Shown: positions 61,877 to 64,000 of the stretch, one piece after another
How positions within the stretch are numbered: position 1 is the first letter of the stretch
How the letters are laid out: each line of letters opens with the position of its first letter
Assembly: GCA_030550585.1 (NCBI GenBank)
Contig: JAUQPB010000001.1
Location: 384,001-448,000 of the forward strand
Reading direction: 5' to 3'
DNA: 64,000 bases
Source of the DNA: Thermoproteota archaeon
GTDB lineage: Archaea; Thermoproteota; Thermoprotei_A; Sulfolobales; Ignisphaeraceae
Position numbers and translations under genes: made by a program
The notes under the pieces: generated by a model
What the model saw: the letters and a program-made list of their open reading frames with translations, nothing else
Told to the model about the DNA's origin: nothing
Databases searched by the model: none

Positions 61877-62121
61877 TCTATGTTATCAATGTGAAGAGTT
61901 TTGGTAGCAGGGATCTGGGTATAAGCCCAGAGTATCTAAACATGATTAAGAACAGAAAGAGGAGAATAAGCGACGAGCTTCTTGAAAAGCTGCTCGAAAA
62001 GCTGACAGCCAAAGACCTCCTAGAATTTGCCACAGCAACAAACATGATTAGAGGTTGGTGGGCCCGCGGGGATTTGAACCCCGGACCTCCGCCTCGTCAG
62101 GGCGGCGTCCTACCAGACTAG
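61877..62121 (+). mobile_element. N-terminal fragment (intN) of an SSV-type tyrosine integrase overlapping tRNA-Val
   Basis: HTH-like RDLGISPEYLNMIKNRKRRISDELLEKL reads in frame into the antisense tRNA (WWARGDLNPGPP). Confidence 0.65.
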
Positions 62122-62132
62122 ACGACGGGCCC
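62056..62132 (-). tRNA. tRNA-Val(GAC), CCA encoded
   Basis: CCGCC-CTGACGA-GGCGG. Confidence 0.96.
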
Positions 62133-62214
62133 CTAAACCACAGTAGTTTAGATCTTTATGCGAGTATTATAAGCTTTAATTCAAGATAGGCAAAAAGCCT
62201 ATGTTATGATTTGG

Positions 62215-62319
62215 TGGAGCCGGGGCCGGGATTCGAACCCGGGGGATATCGGGTCTCGACGGGCGGTTGCCGGAAAGGCCGCTGCAGCCCGACGCCTTAG
62301 ACCGCTCGGCCACCCCGGC
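62215..62319 (-). tRNA. tRNA-Cys(GCA) with 27-nt intron at 37/38 (62255-62281)
   Basis: TCGGG-CTGCAG[intron]A-CCCGA; U73 discriminator. Confidence 0.92.
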
Positions 62320-62416
62320 CCACATTAGGCTTGGCTGTAGAATACTTCTGTTTATTAGGAGTAATAAGGTTATCGCTATATTGCATTGTTGTCTTATGCT
62401 TTGAAGATGTTAGAAG

Positions 62417-62543
62417 TGCCGCCGGGGGGACTTGAACCCCCGACTTCCCGGTCTTCAGCCTCGCCGAGCACCCGCCCCTAATACTTATTTTTATTTTATG
62501 TGCGGGGTGCTCACGGGCGCTCTCCCAGCTGAGCTACGGCGGC
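62417..62543 (-). tRNA. tRNA-Phe(GAA) with 54-nt non-canonical intron at 30/31 (62460-62513)
   Basis: CCCG[intron]G-CTGAAGA-CCGGG; BHB formed by CGCC/GGCG helix and GAGCACCC/GGGTGCTC stem. Confidence 0.9.
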
Positions 62544-62603
62544 GTTCTGCTGTTTATTAGTATCATTTGCTTTTCTGGTTAAAAGTTTTATTGTACCAAC
62601 CCT

Positions 62604-63779
62604 CTATTCTATGAAGTCTTGTGTTTGAATTTTTGTTGGGATGTATGTGTCCATTAGGAAGTGCAGTCCCTTTCCTGTTAGAGCCTCTATTTCTAGTTTG
62701 CTTTGTTTTTGTAGGAATATGTTTATCTCTTTTGTCCATTTTTCTGTTTTGAACCATTCATAGTTCAAGAGCTCTTGCGCTCTTTTAATATCTGTTTTCT
62801 TGGCTTTTATTATGAAGTTCCTTCTCTCAGCTTCGGAGAGATATGGCTTCTTGTTTTTATCCCCAAATATATCTGTCATGCTGACCCCCAGGAACTTCGC
62901 CTTTGGTGTTGCAAGCCTTTCGCTTTCATATGAAAGTGTTATCGAGCCTATTCTGAACACGCTGTATATGTACCATCCATATGGATCTGCATCTGTTAGT
63001 ATGTAGATGGGTAGCTTAAGCTCTTCGTTCAATCTTCTCACAAATCTTCTTGTTGCTCTATCTGGCTGCCCAGCGCTTGTGACGAGTATTGCCTTGTATT
63101 TTCTCCAGAAGCCCGCTCTATGCAGCTGCTGAAACACAGCATCTTTCTCTACAACTAGCACAAACTCTGCATTAACGTCGATAAACTCTATCAGATCTGG
63201 TGTTGGCTCTATCGCATAGGCTCCGTGACCCATTTTACTAAGGTCTATAACATCATCTCCGGATCTAATCCTCATATCGCCGACAACCTTGCCCTTCTCC
63301 TTGCTTAGAATCAGCATCTCCTCTCTAAGCAGATTAACCAAAACCTCTATATCCCTTAGAACTGCATCGCTTTCTTTTTGCTCATCCCATGTATTCTCCT
63401 CTTCAATCCTCCCTTTATGATCTCTATACCTAATGCTGTGCTTACCCCTGTAGAACAGATCTCTTATAGTTGGATACTCATTGTTTATAAGAGCATCGTA
63501 TATTATCTTAGCCATTAGAAGTGTTTGCATAAACTTTCTCGCTTCTTTAACATCTAGAAAGCTTCTCTCAAATGTTGCCGGGCCAAGTAGGAGCAGCCCC
63601 CTCTCCTTATCATATATAGTGTTTGACAAAGTTCTCTTTGGTATTATAAGCTTTGGCTCTTCACCATTTAGAACTGCTTTAACCACATTATTGAAAACCT
63701 CGCTGAATTTCTCAGCCGCTCTTATTCTGGCCTTGATGTCTACAGAAGACATGAATTTCTTTACATGTTCTTCAGACAT
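62604..63779 (-). CDS. top6A: DNA topoisomerase VI subunit A
   Basis: TIRDLFY, VVEKDAVF, GQPD, DADPYG. Confidence 0.96.
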   Translation of the reverse strand: MSEEHVKKFMSSVDIKARIRAAEKFSEVFNNVVKAVLNGEEPKLIIPKRTLSNTIYDKERGLLLLGPATFERSFLDVKEARKFMQTLLMAKIIYDALINNEYPTIRDLFYRGKHSIRYRDHKGRIEEENTWDEQKESDAVLRDIEVLVNLLREEMLILSKEKGKVVGDMRIRSGDDVIDLSKMGHGAYAIEPTPDLIEFIDVNAEFVLVVEKDAVFQQLHRAGFWRKYKAILVTSAGQPDRATRRFVRRLNEELKLPIYILTDADPYGWYIYSVFRIGSITLSYESERLATPKAKFLGVSMTDIFGDKNKKPYLSEAERRNFIIKAKKTDIKRAQELLNYEWFKTEKWTKEINIFLQKQSKLEIEALTGKGLHFLMDTYIPTKIQTQDFIE

Positions 63780-63790
63780 CTACCTCCACC

Positions 63791-64000
63791 CTACTCAAGT
63801 GACAGCACTACATCTCTAGGCGATGAAATATTCTTTAGAGAGTCTCCAAACCTGTTTTTAACCAAGTCGAAAAGCTTTGACTCTAGCACCTCAGCTTGGA
63901 TAGGCTCTGGATTTGCTTTTGCAAATACTGTTAGAGCTCGTGCAATTTCTGGTATATACTTTATCAATGTTATTGCCTTTCTAGCCATCTCCTCCTCTTT
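63791..64000 (-). CDS. top6B: DNA topoisomerase VI subunit B, C-terminal end (partial)
   Basis: KYIPEIARAL helix, directly upstream of top6A. Confidence 0.8.
   Translation of the reverse strand, partial: KEEEMARKAITLIKYIPEIARALTVFAKANPEPIQAEVLESKLFDLVKNRFGDSLKNISSPRDVVLSLE

Noticed and set aside
91-63819. Many 60-190 aa antisense/shadow ORFs in the track (e.g. 91..525, 4742..5248, 38847..39413)
   Set aside because: They overlap well-supported genes on the opposite strand and have no motifs

Overview
AT-rich archaeal chromosome segment, most likely a crenarchaeote of the Desulfurococcales (Ignisphaera-like). This placement is inferred from Rpo8, L13e, crenarchaeal-type SAMDC, split archaeosine TGT, SmAP3 and intron-containing tRNAs. 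The left ~10 kb is a variable region: a paREP-like coiled-coil gene, a frameshifted GT2 pseudogene, a C/D box sRNA and a 9-gene group 4 membrane-bound [NiFe]-hydrogenase in complex-I order (A-B-CD-H-I-J-K-L-N/M), ending at tRNA-Gly. The rest is core informational and housekeeping genes: HtrA x2, TPI, FBP aldolase/phosphatase, ABCE1, Cgi121, Urm1/SAMP, S17e, thermosome, Rpo8, TgtA, PAN, MBF1, HflX, Trm56, TFE, AglB, Hsp20, TtuA, Hjc/PINA, Dph5, AspRS, TruD, Pth2, EF-1beta, FEN1, ArgF, SpeH and topo VI. Seven tRNAs are present, two with introns. Most notable: (i) five otherwise intact genes have conserved N-termini with no ATG/GTG/TTG but a near-cognate codon (ACG, ATA, CTG, TTA, ACG) 6-7 nt after a Shine-Dalgarno motif; (ii) tgtA begins with TTG-TTT-TGA, a candidate +1 shifty stop; (iii) unannotated microproteins (a 25-aa Glu/Trp peptide upstream of ABCE1 and a 49-aa 8-Cys acidic protein); (iv) a C/D sRNA whose two guides both match the tRNA-Leu in this window; (v) a DNMT2-like orphan C5-methyltransferase in an RNA-modification operon; (vi) a YwgA/Panacea-like plus HD dNTPase pair; and (vii) an SSV-type integrase N-fragment at tRNA-Val. 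All calls come from reading the sequence; no searches were run.
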